A stretch of DNA of 64,000 nucleotides from Longimicrobiales bacterium (GCA_965204735.1 OZ242008.1:3104001-3168000), one strand, 5' to 3'. Shown: positions 9,121 to 19,352, counted from the first letter of the stretch. Numbers and translations are program-made. Notes: generated from the sequence alone by a model not told the origin.

Positions 9121-10431
9121 ATGGACATATTCGCACTGAGGAACAGCAGCGTGGCCGAACTCCACGGCTATGCGGAATCGCTGAACATCCCGCACGACTC
9201 CGGGCTGCGCAAGCAGGACCTGATCTTCCGTATCCATCAGGGGCTCGCTCGACGCGACGAGGCGCCATGGATCGAGGGCGTCCTGGACGTGATGCCCGAC
9301 GGCGCGGGCTTCCTGCGCTCGCCCGAGTGGAGCTACCTCCACAGCCCCGACGACGTGTTCGTGGGCCCGGATCGCGTGCGGGCGCTGGGACTGCGGAGGG
9401 GCGACGTGATCGCCGGCTTCGTGCGGCCGCCGGGGCGGGGCGAGCGCTACTTGGCCATGAGCTCGATCGACAGCGTCAACGGCTCGGGCACCGGCGACTT
9501 GAAGGAAAGACCCGTGTTCGAGGAGATGCGTCCCTGGTACCCGGTTCGGCGGCTGACGCTGGAGACTCCGGACGGACACGTGGGGATGCGGATGATCGAC
9601 TTGGTGGCGCCTGTGGGGCGGGGCCAGCGCGGCCTGATCGTCTCGCCCCCGAAAGCGGGCAAGACGACGATCCTGCGGAACGTGGCCCAGGCCGTGGCGG
9701 CCAACCACCCGGACGTGCTGCTGGTCGTGCTCCTCATCGACGAGCGGCCGGAAGAGGTGACCGAGATGCAGGAGTGCGTCCGGGGCGAAGTGGTGGCCTC
9801 CACCTTCGACGAGCCGCCGGCGCGGCACCGGCAAGTGGCGGAGATGGTGTTGGCGAAGGCGAAGCGCCAGGTGGAGCACGGTCGGGACGTCGTGATCCTC
9901 CTGGATTCGATCACGCGCTTGGCTCGGGCCTACAACTCCCTGGCTCGCCACTCGGGTCGAATCCTTTCGGGAGGCGTGGACGCCTACGCCCTGCAACGGC
10001 CGAAGCGGTTCTTCGGGTCGGCCCGGAGCTTCGGGGGAACGCCGGAGGCCAGGGGCGGGGGCTTGTGGGGCAGCAACTTGGGCGAAGCTCGGCGCGAAGG
10101 CTCGCTGACGATCATGGCCACGGCCTTGGTGGAGACCGGGAGCAGGATGGACGAGGTGATCTTCGAGGAGTTCAAGGGCACGGGCAACATGGAGCTGGTG
10201 CTGGACCGGGAGACGGCGGACAGGCGCATCTTTCCGGCGATCGACCTGAACCGCTCGGGGACGCGGCGGGAGGAGCTGCTGCTCTCGCCCAAGGAGCTCA
10301 ACCGGGTGTACTTGCTGCGCAACTTCCTGTCGGAGATGCCCGCTGCGGAAGCTGCCGAGTTCCTGGCGGAGCGGCTGGCGCGCCACTCGACCAACGCCGA
10401 GTTCTTGGCGGCGATGGCCGCCGGCGAGTAG
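9121..10431 (+). CDS. rho: Transcription termination factor Rho
   Basis: GFLRS, GRGQRGLIVSPPKAGKT, LIDERPEEVT, LDSITRLARAYN, EEFKGTGNMEL, SGTRREELL. Confidence 0.95.
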   Translation: MDIFALRNSSVAELHGYAESLNIPHDSGLRKQDLIFRIHQGLARRDEAPWIEGVLDVMPDGAGFLRSPEWSYLHSPDDVFVGPDRVRALGLRRGDVIAGFVRPPGRGERYLAMSSIDSVNGSGTGDLKERPVFEEMRPWYPVRRLTLETPDGHVGMRMIDLVAPVGRGQRGLIVSPPKAGKTTILRNVAQAVAANHPDVLLVVLLIDERPEEVTEMQECVRGEVVASTFDEPPARHRQVAEMVLAKAKRQVEHGRDVVILLDSITRLARAYNSLARHSGRILSGGVDAYALQRPKRFFGSARSFGGTPEARGGGLWGSNLGEARREGSLTIMATALVETGSRMDEVIFEEFKGTGNMELVLDRETADRRIFPAIDLNRSGTRREELLLSPKELNRVYLLRNFLSEMPAAEAAEFLAERLARHSTNAEFLAAMAAGE

Positions 10432-10469
10432 GACGGCGGGCGGGCCCTTCGCCGCATCGGGGAAAGGCG

Positions 10470-12332
10470 TCAGCGGGGCTGGTCGGTCCAGTCGTCCACC
10501 GCGTAGACGCGCCCTTGGTCGAACGCGACCACCAGCTCGTGGCGGGGCCAGTTGGCCTCCAGCACGGCCGACGCCGGGGCGACTCCCGGGCGACACCTGG
10601 GGCTGGTGTTGGTCCAGCCCTCGAACAGGAAGAGTCGGCCCGGCCCTGCGCCGACCGAACGAGACGGCGAAGCGCCCGGCGCGGGGCGGGCTTCGGGCGC
10701 CGACACCAGGTGGATGCTCTCCGCCGTTCCCCGGCCCGGCGTGGGGTTCCACGACCGCACCTTCTCCTGCACGGCGTGAAAGCCCCGCATGTACACCTCG
10801 ATTCTGGTCGCAGTTCTGTAGCAGGCGAAGAAGTAGTCGCCCGGTCGAACCGCCCCCGCCGCCGCCGAGGTCATCCTCAAGAGGCTTGGTTGCGAAGCGC
10901 GACCGTGAGGGGCCGCCTCTTGGACGGTCCATGTCGCGAAGGCGCCGAGAAGCAGCGCCGCGACTCCGCACGTCAGCACGGTTCGTCGCGGTCCGGCGAC
11001 CACGCCCGGCCATCGCGGCTCCATCCAGGCCAAGGCGCGCTCCAGCAGGAACCCGGCGCCCGCCCCTGCAAGGACCAGAAGCACCATCAGCGCGCAGATC
11101 GCCAATCGCGGCCGCAGGGGAAAGAGCGTGGGCAGCAGCAGCGCTCCCGTGGGAACGACCACCGCGAGAAGGAGCGTCCACGAGCGCCCGCAACTTCGGG
11201 CGGGAACGGTGGCGCCGGCGACCACGAGGGCCAGAAAGGCCCCCTGCGCCCACGCTGGAATCGTTGCGTGCCAGTGGTGCCAAGTCGAGACCGGCAGCGC
11301 AAGGAAGAGGAGGGCGCGCGATTGGGTGGTCAGCCCTCCGCCTTCCGCCCCGTAAGTGAGGGTGAGAGCGTCCAGCACGTCGCGCGCGCCCTCGGTCGCG
11401 AAGATCGGCGCGTAGAGCACGCCCGCGACCGCGAGCGCCGCGGCCGACCACGCAAGCGTCTTGGCGACGAAGGGCCCAAGCTCCCTGCGCCCGCACCTGC
11501 GCCATCGCGCCAGCACCATCCAGGCCACTGCGGTCGCGGCCGGAAAGATCATGACCGGCAGCACGAAGAAGCCCAGGCCGATCGCCGTGGCCCACGCCGC
11601 CCACAGCGCCTTCTTGCCCGGCGTCCGGATCAGGGTCTGGCCGCACAGAAGCGCCGACGTGAAGAGCAGCGTCATCAGCGTGTAGCCCCGCGCGTTGGTC
11701 GCGTACTCGACAAAGTAGGGCGAGACGGCCCCGAAGAGCGCGGCGAACAATGCGGCGGTCGATCCGTACTCCCGGCGCGCGAACCACCACAGCGCGGGAA
11801 GGAGGAGGCAGAACGAAAGGAACGCCGGCAACCGAGCCGCAACTCGATCCCATGCGGCGAACCGGTGCGCGATCAGGACCAGGAGCGTGTGCAGCACATG
11901 GGTGTTGGTCGAAGGGTACCTGCTCACGTTCACCGACAACGGCTCCGCCGCGCGGAGCAGGGTCCTGGTCTCGTCGTGCCCAAGAGGCGCGTCCAGGTAG
12001 TACGCAGCCAGGACGACGCCGGTCAAGGCCGCCACTGCCGCCGCGACGAGCTCCGCGCGCCTTCGGCTCGGGACGCCGTCCGAGGGCGCGGCGTGGATGC
12101 GGGCGGCCGCCCATGCGAGCAGGAGAGCCGCGGCGAACGCCGTCGCCGCGACCGCGACCTCCCCGGGCGGAAAGGAGCGAACCGAGTCGTAGACGTCCCA
12201 TGACGCGGTCGCTGCGAGGACCCCCGCCACAAGAACTCCAAGGCCGGCGGTCAGCGGCGCGCCCCATCGCCAGTACCAGTAGACGCGGGGACTTGCGTCG
12301 CGGCGGTGGCGGAGGCTCCCGAAGATCGTCAC
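10470..12332 (-). CDS. GT-C fold membrane glycosyltransferase (PMT_2/ArnT-like), paralog 4 of 4
   Basis: Polytopic protein; GHDE, THVLHTLL, ARLPAFL, ARGYTL motifs; GTG start overlaps the upstream stop. Confidence 0.7.
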   Translation of the reverse strand: MTIFGSLRHRRDASPRVYWYWRWGAPLTAGLGVLVAGVLAATASWDVYDSVRSFPPGEVAVAATAFAAALLLAWAAARIHAAPSDGVPSRRRAELVAAAVAALTGVVLAAYYLDAPLGHDETRTLLRAAEPLSVNVSRYPSTNTHVLHTLLVLIAHRFAAWDRVAARLPAFLSFCLLLPALWWFARREYGSTAALFAALFGAVSPYFVEYATNARGYTLMTLLFTSALLCGQTLIRTPGKKALWAAWATAIGLGFFVLPVMIFPAATAVAWMVLARWRRCGRRELGPFVAKTLAWSAAALAVAGVLYAPIFATEGARDVLDALTLTYGAEGGGLTTQSRALLFLALPVSTWHHWHATIPAWAQGAFLALVVAGATVPARSCGRSWTLLLAVVVPTGALLLPTLFPLRPRLAICALMVLLVLAGAGAGFLLERALAWMEPRWPGVVAGPRRTVLTCGVAALLLGAFATWTVQEAAPHGRASQPSLLRMTSAAAGAVRPGDYFFACYRTATRIEVYMRGFHAVQEKVRSWNPTPGRGTAESIHLVSAPEARPAPGASPSRSVGAGPGRLFLFEGWTNTSPRCRPGVAPASAVLEANWPRHELVVAFDQGRVYAVDDWTDQPR

Positions 12333-14170
12333 GACGGTCCCCACTCGTTCAGCTTGTAGACCCGTCCGGCTCTGAACGCGGCAACCAGCTGGTGGTCCGG
12401 CCAGTCGGCTTCGAGGAGCTGCCATGCCGGCGGCCTGTCGTGGTAGCACCTGGGGCGCGCTTCGCCCATCAGCGCTTCAAAGAGGAAGAGTCGGCGCGGC
12501 GATGCTTCGCCATGGGACGTCGAGCCGTCCACGACGTCGATCTGGACCTTGGCGGCCGACACCCTGTGCACGCGTTGGCGAAAGCGCGGGTTCCCGGCAT
12601 GGTAGTACCAAGCCACGTCTTCCTCGATGGGATGGGCGGCCCTCACGTAGGCCATGCCACGAATCTCCACCCTCCCGCACATGGCAAGGTAGTCGCCCGG
12701 ACGGATCTGGTCGGCGACCGACGTCGCCATGGACGGCAGACTTCGCAGAGCGCGGAAGTAGTCCGTGTTCTCGGTCAGAGCGTCCGGCCTGCTGGCCCAC
12801 CACGAAGACATGCCGAGCGCCAGCGCGAGCGCCCCGCCCTCCAGCACGCGACGGCGCGATCCGACTGCGACGCTCGGCCAGCGGAGGCTCGCATGGTCCA
12901 CGGCCCGCTCCACCACGAACGCGGCAGCGACCCCCGCCACGAGCATGAACGCCAGCAGCGCCGAGATCAGCATTCGGGACTGGGGCAAGAACGGATACGC
13001 CAGGAGCAAGGAGAGGGACGCGGCCGTCGCCAGCAGCAACGTTCGTGTTTCTCGCTTCCGCGCGGGAACGCCGGCGCCGACGACGACGAGCGCCAAGATG
13101 CCGCCCTGCGCCCACGAAGGTATCGCCCAGTGCCACTCGCGCCACAGCACGACCGGCCGCGCGAGGAGCGGAAGCGGCCGTATCACGAACTGCGATCTCG
13201 CGCGCACGTGGTCGCCCAAGGCCACGACGTCGCTGGCGATCAGCGCCGGCAAGTACAAGACCAGGGCGACGGCAACCGCTGCGGCCGACCACGCAACCGT
13301 CCTGGTCGCGAAGCCGCCGAGCGCTTCGCGACCGTGCGTGCGCCACCGCGTCAGCACCATCCACGCCGCTGTCGTCACGGCAGGGAAGGCCATCAGCGGC
13401 ACAGTGTACAAGCCGAGCGCAATCGCTGCGGTCCATGTTGCCCACAGCCCCTTCTTCTCCGGGCTCCGCACGAGCGCGCGACCGCACAGAAGCGCCGTCG
13501 CGAACAGCAGCAGCATGAGCGTGTAGCCCCGGGCGCTGATGCTGTAGGCCAGGAAGTAGGGCGACGTTCCGACCAAGGCGGTCGCGAAGACGGCCGCCCG
13601 CGGTCCGTACTCCTGGCGCGCGAACCACCACAGCGCAGGCAAGAAGAGGCAGAACGACAAGAACGCGGGCATCCGAAGCGCGACTCGGTTCCACCCGGCA
13701 AAGTTGTGCACGACCCAAACCAGGATCGAGTGCAGGACATGGTTGTTGGGATCGTCGTACTGGCTTGCGGCCGCGGAGAAGCGCCGCGTCCCGAAGAAGG
13801 CGAGCGTGTGGCTCTCGTCCCATCGGTAGAGCGCGTCCAGGTGGTACGCTGCCAAGAAGACGCTCGTCGAGATCACGGCGAGCACGGCCAGAACCTCCGC
13901 GCGGCCGAGCGGGCGGCTGGCCCGTCGCGGGGGGCGGACCGGTCCGTCGCGCGCTGCAACCGCCCAGCACGCCCACAACGTCGCCGCGCAGGCGGCGGCC
14001 ACGACCGCGGCAGTGGGCATCGGCACGACCAGCATCTCGATCTTGGCCGTGGCGTCGAGGTCCAAGAGCCAAGCGGCAGCGGCGGCCGTGGCCGCGAGCG
14101 CGGCCGACGCCGCCGCCAGCGGCACGCCCCGCCGCCAGAACCAGCCGACGCCCGGCGAGTGCGGCCTCAC
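12329..14170 (-). CDS. GT-C fold membrane glycosyltransferase, paralog 3 of 4
   Basis: RWDE, PNNHVLHSIL, LRMPAFL, ARGYTL; GGAGG RBS and GTGA overlap. Confidence 0.7.
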   Translation of the reverse strand: MRPHSPGVGWFWRRGVPLAAASAALAATAAAAAWLLDLDATAKIEMLVVPMPTAAVVAAACAATLWACWAVAARDGPVRPPRRASRPLGRAEVLAVLAVISTSVFLAAYHLDALYRWDESHTLAFFGTRRFSAAASQYDDPNNHVLHSILVWVVHNFAGWNRVALRMPAFLSFCLFLPALWWFARQEYGPRAAVFATALVGTSPYFLAYSISARGYTLMLLLFATALLCGRALVRSPEKKGLWATWTAAIALGLYTVPLMAFPAVTTAAWMVLTRWRTHGREALGGFATRTVAWSAAAVAVALVLYLPALIASDVVALGDHVRARSQFVIRPLPLLARPVVLWREWHWAIPSWAQGGILALVVVGAGVPARKRETRTLLLATAASLSLLLAYPFLPQSRMLISALLAFMLVAGVAAAFVVERAVDHASLRWPSVAVGSRRRVLEGGALALALGMSSWWASRPDALTENTDYFRALRSLPSMATSVADQIRPGDYLAMCGRVEIRGMAYVRAAHPIEEDVAWYYHAGNPRFRQRVHRVSAAKVQIDVVDGSTSHGEASPRRLFLFEALMGEARPRCYHDRPPAWQLLEADWPDHQLVAAFRAGRVYKLNEWGPS

Positions 14171-16023
14171 CCTCCCTCCGTCCATTCGTGCACCACGTAC
14201 ACCCTCCCGTGGTGGAATGCGGCAACCAGCTCGTGGTTGGGCCAGTGCGCTTCCAGGAAGCGTCCGGGCAGCGGGGCTTCCCGCCTGCACCTGCGACGGG
14301 TTCCGCCCTTGAACGGTTCGAGCAGGAAGAGACGCCTCGGCGACGCTTCGGCCCGAGACGCCCGCCGGCGCGACGTGTCGATCGATCCGTCGGCAAGCGA
14401 GAGACGATGGACGGCCTGCCTCGTGTCCCTGCCCGCCTCGGAGAAGACGGCCACGCCTTCGTCGACGGGGTGGACAGCCTTCACGTGGATCATTGTTCCA
14501 TGCTCCGCCAGGCCGCAGGTCGTGAAGTAGTCGCCCGCCCGCATGTGCTCGTCCACGGACGACGTCAAGACCAGGCGACCGGTCGGCGCATGGAAGGGAT
14601 CGATGATGTGCTTCAAGCTGGCGGGCTTGAGCGCCCACCACGAGAACGCACCGGCGGCCACCGCCGGCGCGACGCACTCCAGCGCGCGTCGACCCGCCCT
14701 GGCGGCGGCGCCCCGCCAGCGCGCGGCCGAGTGCGTCAAGAGGCGTTCCAGGACGAACGCGGCGCCGACGCCTGCCGCGACCAGCAAGACCAGCAGCATC
14801 CACGTCAGCATCCGGGCCCGGGGCCGGAACGGAAACGCCAGCAGCACGAAGCCGGTGGCAAGACCCGTCGCCAACACGAGCGACGCAGCCCCCGGCCGCC
14901 GCGTCGCGTCGGACGGGAGACCTCGAACGGAAGCGCCGACGCCGACGACGATCAGTGCAAGGAGCGTGCCCCGAGCCCATGCGGGCGTCGTCCAATGCCA
15001 GTCGCGCCACACTTGTCCTGGATGAGCCCAGAGCGGAATCGACCCCAGCAACTGATGCTCCCGGGCACGAACGGCCTCCGACACGCCGACAACGTCGGTC
15101 GTCGTCAGTACAGGCAGGTACAGCGCCCCAGCAACGACGAGGGCGCCCGCCGACCAAGCCGCTGTTCTGCCCAAGAAAGGCGCGAACGCTTCGGAGCCGC
15201 ATCTGCGCCGACGCGCGAGCAACATCCACGCCACCGTAGTCGCCGCGGGAAAGACCATCAACGGCACGGTGAAGAAGCCGAGCGCGACCGCCGCGGCCCA
15301 GGTCGCCCAGAGCGCCTTCCTCTTCGGGTCGCGCACCAGCGCCCGCGCGCACAGAAGCGCCGTCGCGAACATCAGCATCATCAGCGTGTAGCCGCGGGCG
15401 CTGGCAGCGTAAGCCAGCATGTACGGCGACGAGGACGCAAGCGCCGTCGCGAACACGGCCGCCGACGGTCCGTACTCTTGGCGCACGAACCACCACAGTG
15501 CAGGCAGGAGAAGACAGAACGAGATGAACGCCGGCAGCCGAAGCACGACTCGACTCCAACCGCCGAAGTGGTGGGCGACCCATGCCAGGAGCGTATGCAG
15601 GACGTGGTTGTTGGGGTAGTCGTAACTGCTTGCGACCCCGGCAAGCGATTGCGACAGGTGCACCTGGAGCGGAAGTTCGTCGGGTCCGTAGGGCCCGTCC
15701 AAGCCGTGCGCGGCCAGCGCCGCCCCCGTCAACATTGCCGCCGCCGCCACGGCGTCCGCGCATCGGCGCGAGGCGACATGGCGCGCAGGAGCGGCCGGTC
15801 CTTCACCCCGCATCGCCGCCCAGAATGCGAGCAGCGCAATGGCGAAAGCGGCCGCGGCGGTCGCCAACTCCCGCGGCGGGACGACCTTGTCGACTTCCCG
15901 CATCGCGTCGAGTCCCAAGGCCAGGGCCGCGAGGACGGCCGCCGCGGCGAGCGCGGCCACGCCGGCCGCCAGCGGCGCTCCCCACCGCCAGAACCAGTTC
16001 CGTCCCGTCGACGGCGGCTTCAC
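14167..16023 (-). CDS. GT-C fold membrane glycosyltransferase, paralog 2 of 4
   Basis: GPDE, PNNHVLHTLL, LRLPAFI, ARGYTL; GTGA overlap (alternative ATG at 16038). Confidence 0.7.
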   Translation of the reverse strand: MKPPSTGRNWFWRWGAPLAAGVAALAAAAVLAALALGLDAMREVDKVVPPRELATAAAAFAIALLAFWAAMRGEGPAAPARHVASRRCADAVAAAAMLTGAALAAHGLDGPYGPDELPLQVHLSQSLAGVASSYDYPNNHVLHTLLAWVAHHFGGWSRVVLRLPAFISFCLLLPALWWFVRQEYGPSAAVFATALASSSPYMLAYAASARGYTLMMLMFATALLCARALVRDPKRKALWATWAAAVALGFFTVPLMVFPAATTVAWMLLARRRRCGSEAFAPFLGRTAAWSAGALVVAGALYLPVLTTTDVVGVSEAVRAREHQLLGSIPLWAHPGQVWRDWHWTTPAWARGTLLALIVVGVGASVRGLPSDATRRPGAASLVLATGLATGFVLLAFPFRPRARMLTWMLLVLLVAAGVGAAFVLERLLTHSAARWRGAAARAGRRALECVAPAVAAGAFSWWALKPASLKHIIDPFHAPTGRLVLTSSVDEHMRAGDYFTTCGLAEHGTMIHVKAVHPVDEGVAVFSEAGRDTRQAVHRLSLADGSIDTSRRRASRAEASPRRLFLLEPFKGGTRRRCRREAPLPGRFLEAHWPNHELVAAFHHGRVYVVHEWTEGG

Positions 16024-17867
16024 GAGGCGCCGGACCATCCGTTCAGCGCGTAGACTCTGCCGTCGTGGAAAGCGGCCACCACTTCGTGGTCGGGCCATTG
16101 AGCTTCAAGGGACTCCCAGGCCGGCGACGTCTGCTTGTCGCACCTGCGCTCGCCTCCGTCGGTCGTCGCTTCCAGCAGAAAGAGACGCTCCGTCGGCGCT
16201 TCGCCGGGCGGCGCCGAGCCGGGCAGCGCCGATCCGCCCGGCCCGTCGGTCCGGTCCTCGGGGGCCGACACCCTGTGGACGTTCTGAGGACTTTGCGACG
16301 CCGCTTCAGAGTACGCGCCCACTTCTTCGTCGAAAGGATACGACTCCCGCAAGTAGAAGAGCGTCGGCCTCTCGACTTGACGGCAGGCGGTGAAGTAGTC
16401 GCCCGGGCGCATGTGCTCGTCGACCGACGACGCCATGGCCAGAAGGCTGCGCAACGGGCGAAAGACGCCCCTGTACACGATCAGCGCGTCGGGCCGGGTC
16501 GCCCACCACGACGAGACGCCGAGCAGCAATGCCACGACGCAGCACTCCAGGGCCCGGCGACCCGACTCCGCCGAGACGCCGCGCCAACGCTCCGCCGCTC
16601 GGAACGCGGCGCGTTCCACCAGGACCGCCGCGCCGACTCCCGCCGTCGTCGTGAGCACAAGCAGCGCCCAGATGAACATGCGGGCATGGGGCACGAAGGG
16701 ATACGCCAGCAGCAGCAAGCAGGTGGCGATACCGGCCGCCGACAGCAACGCCGCCCTTCGCCCGCCCGTCCGCCCGGGAACGGCGGCGCCGACGACGACG
16801 AGCGCAAGCAGGACGCCCTGCGCCCATGCAGGAACAGCCAAGTGCCAGTCGCGCCACATGGCGACCGGGTGCGCCGGAAGCGGAAGCGATCCCGCCAGGG
16901 AGTACCGTCGCGCGCGATGAAACTCTCCCACCTCCAGCACGTCGTTCGCCGCGAACACGGGCAGGTACAGGACCGCGGCCGCGACAACTGCGACGACCGA
17001 CCATGCGGCCGTCCTGATCACAAAAGGTCCCAGGGCGTCGCGACGGTGGGCGCCCCAACGGGCCAGCAGCATCCACGCCACCGTCGTCCCGGCGCAAAAC
17101 GCCATCAGCGGCACGGTGAACAAGCCGAAGGCGACAGCCGCGGCCCACGCCGCCCACAGCGTCTTCTTCTCCGGATTTCGCACCAGCGCCCGCGCGCACA
17201 GCAGCGACGTCGCGAACATCAGGAGCAGCAACGTGTAGCCCCGGGCGCTGGCGGCGAACGACAGGAAGAACGGCGACACCGCCGCAAGGGCCGTCGCAAG
17301 CCTGGCGGCAACCGGTCCGTACTCTTGGCGCACGAACCACCACAGCGCGGGCAGGAGAAGGCAAAACGACAGAAACGCGGGCAGTCGAAGCGCGACCCGA
17401 TTCCATCCGGCGAGCTTGTGCACGCCCCAAACCAGCAACGTGTGCAAGACGTGGTTGTTTGGGTCGTTGTACTTGCTCACCGCCACGGAGAACGGCTGCG
17501 TCGCATAGGCCGTCAGCGTGATGCTCTCGTCCCACTCCAGGCGCGCATCCAAGCCGTGTGCGGCCAAGACGACGCCCGCGACGATCACCAGCGCCGCCGC
17601 GAGAACCTCCGCGCGTCGGGGAGGCGGCATCCGGGACGGCGACGGGACGGTCGGCAGATCGCGCCCAACGAGCGTCCAGCCGCCCAGCAACGTCGCCGCA
17701 AACACGGCCGCGGCGACCGCGGCGTCCTGCAGGGGCACGACCCTGTCGTAGTCCCTGGCCGCCTCCGGCTCCCACAACCAGCCCACAACGGCGGCCCCCG
17801 CAGCAAGAGCGGCCAAGCCAACCACCAAGGGCACGCCCCGTCGCCAAACCGGGCCGAAGCCCGGCAT
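16020..17867 (-). CDS. GT-C fold membrane glycosyltransferase, paralog 1 of 4
   Basis: EWDE, PNNHVLHTLL, LRLPAFL, ARGYTL; start approximate. Confidence 0.7.
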   Translation of the reverse strand: MPGFGPVWRRGVPLVVGLAALAAGAAVVGWLWEPEAARDYDRVVPLQDAAVAAAVFAATLLGGWTLVGRDLPTVPSPSRMPPPRRAEVLAAALVIVAGVVLAAHGLDARLEWDESITLTAYATQPFSVAVSKYNDPNNHVLHTLLVWGVHKLAGWNRVALRLPAFLSFCLLLPALWWFVRQEYGPVAARLATALAAVSPFFLSFAASARGYTLLLLMFATSLLCARALVRNPEKKTLWAAWAAAVAFGLFTVPLMAFCAGTTVAWMLLARWGAHRRDALGPFVIRTAAWSVVAVVAAAVLYLPVFAANDVLEVGEFHRARRYSLAGSLPLPAHPVAMWRDWHLAVPAWAQGVLLALVVVGAAVPGRTGGRRAALLSAAGIATCLLLLAYPFVPHARMFIWALLVLTTTAGVGAAVLVERAAFRAAERWRGVSAESGRRALECCVVALLLGVSSWWATRPDALIVYRGVFRPLRSLLAMASSVDEHMRPGDYFTACRQVERPTLFYLRESYPFDEEVGAYSEAASQSPQNVHRVSAPEDRTDGPGGSALPGSAPPGEAPTERLFLLEATTDGGERRCDKQTSPAWESLEAQWPDHEVVAAFHDGRVYALNGWSGAS

Positions 17868-17942
17868 GGGCGCCGTCACGGCGGGGAAGTCGTCGGACGA
17901 CCCCGCATTGCGTCCGTACGGTCGCGCATGGAAGTTGCGTTC

Positions 17943-18389
17943 ATGAATACTCTCCAGAAGGCCGCCAACACCCTGTTCGCAGAGGCTCTGGCCGCCACTG
18001 GCGCCCGGGACCCTCGCGACTACTATCGGGCCCGCCTGCGGGACCTGAAGCGCGCCAACCCGGCGGGGTACGCCGAAGCGGTGCAATACTACCGCGACAC
18101 GCTGGTTCCGTCCATAGCCGAAGGGGGCGCCGAGCCCATTGCGGCGTGGCGCGAGTACGGACTGCTGATCGCTCGCGCGACCGCCCCGGGACGCACCGTG
18201 GCCGTGGACGCGACGGGCCGGGCGCGCGACTACGGTCCTCCGGCCGACCCCGGCGAGATGATCCTGCACCTTCCGGACGCCCGGCAGGGACCCGCGTTGC
18301 TGGTGGGGCTCCCTCCCGAGCCGTCGCCTGCTCAATCGGCCACGTACGACTGGCTCGCCGCCGGGCGGAGGGGGCTGCGGGGGGCGTGA
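17943..18389 (+). CDS. Hypothetical protein
   Basis: Protein-like composition and GC3-biased codons (MNTLQKAANTLFAEAL...ARDPRDYYRARLRDLK...ATYDWL). Confidence 0.65.
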   Translation: MNTLQKAANTLFAEALAATGARDPRDYYRARLRDLKRANPAGYAEAVQYYRDTLVPSIAEGGAEPIAAWREYGLLIARATAPGRTVAVDATGRARDYGPPADPGEMILHLPDARQGPALLVGLPPEPSPAQSATYDWLAAGRRGLRGA

Positions 18390-18562
18390 CGGCCGCGACC
18401 GGGACGGGCGCCGTGCCGGCCCGGGCGGGGCTGCGACGGCGGCCGCCACTTGGCCGGGGCGTGACGGCCACGACTGGGACCGGCGCCGTGCCCCCTCTGG
18501 TCGCGTTGGCCGGCGCGATCGCCGGCAAGGGGTGACGGCCATGGCCGGGACGGGCGCCGTGC
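18381..18562 (+). repeat. Three imperfect copies of a ~35-bp stop/start junction motif
   Basis: GGGG(C)GTGACGGCC.....GGGAC.GGCGCCGTGC at about 18381, 18456 and 18529. Confidence 0.75.
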
Positions 18563-19338
18563 ACGTGAGCTGGGGGCGGGTCGCTTCGCTCGGCGGGAAC
18601 GTCCGGGCGGCCGGCGCAAGCCCCGCGCCGGGCGGTCTGGCGCTACTCTCGGAGGACGAGCTGGCCAGGGCCGAGCGGACCCGGAATGCGCTGGCCAGGC
18701 GGCAGTTCGTAGCAGGACGGGTCCTGCTGCGCAGGGCGTTGGGGCGCGCAACGGGGGTCGCGCCCGAGGCGTTCCGCTTCCGGTGCGAGGAGCGGGGAAA
18801 GCCGTTCCTGCCCGGGGGACCGCCGTTCAGCTTGTCCCACTCGGGCGACCGGGTGGTCGTCGCCGTTGGAACGGGAGGCCCGGCCGCGGGACGAGTGGGC
18901 GTGGACGTCGAGGTCGTGCGGCCCGTGCGACGGATGGCGGCCGTGGTGCGTCGTCGGTTCGCGCCGGAAGAGGCGGAGTGGTGGGCGCAGCAGCCTCCGG
19001 CCCGGCGCGCCGCCGCGTTCTTCCATATCTGGACGCGGAAGGAGGCGTTCGCGAAGGCGGTGGGACGAGGGCTGGCGTTGCCTGGGACGGCGTTTGCGGT
19101 GGCGACCGTGGACGGGCTCGCCGGGGCCCGACCGCCTGCCGGCTCGGACGACGCCGAGGCCGGGAGTTCGCTACGGGCCCTTCGCGCAGGCCCGCTTGCG
19201 CGCTTGGACCTTCCTGTCGAGCAACCTTCGCAGTGGAGCGTGGGCGGACTCCTGCCCGGGCCCGGCGCCGAGGCGGTGGGAGCGGTGGCGGCCGACTGGC
19301 CGGAGGCCGCAGTGGTGGAGGGCGCCGACCGAGGCTGA
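18532..19338 (+). CDS. Sfp-type 4'-phosphopantetheinyl transferase
   Basis: LSEDE..RA, GKP, FSLSHSGD, VGVDVE, FFHIWTRKEAFAKAVGRGL. Confidence 0.88.
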   Translation: MTAMAGTGAVHVSWGRVASLGGNVRAAGASPAPGGLALLSEDELARAERTRNALARRQFVAGRVLLRRALGRATGVAPEAFRFRCEERGKPFLPGGPPFSLSHSGDRVVVAVGTGGPAAGRVGVDVEVVRPVRRMAAVVRRRFAPEEAEWWAQQPPARRAAAFFHIWTRKEAFAKAVGRGLALPGTAFAVATVDGLAGARPPAGSDDAEAGSSLRALRAGPLARLDLPVEQPSQWSVGGLLPGPGAEAVGAVAADWPEAAVVEGADRG

Positions 19339-19352
19339 CCGGCCCTTGGCAG

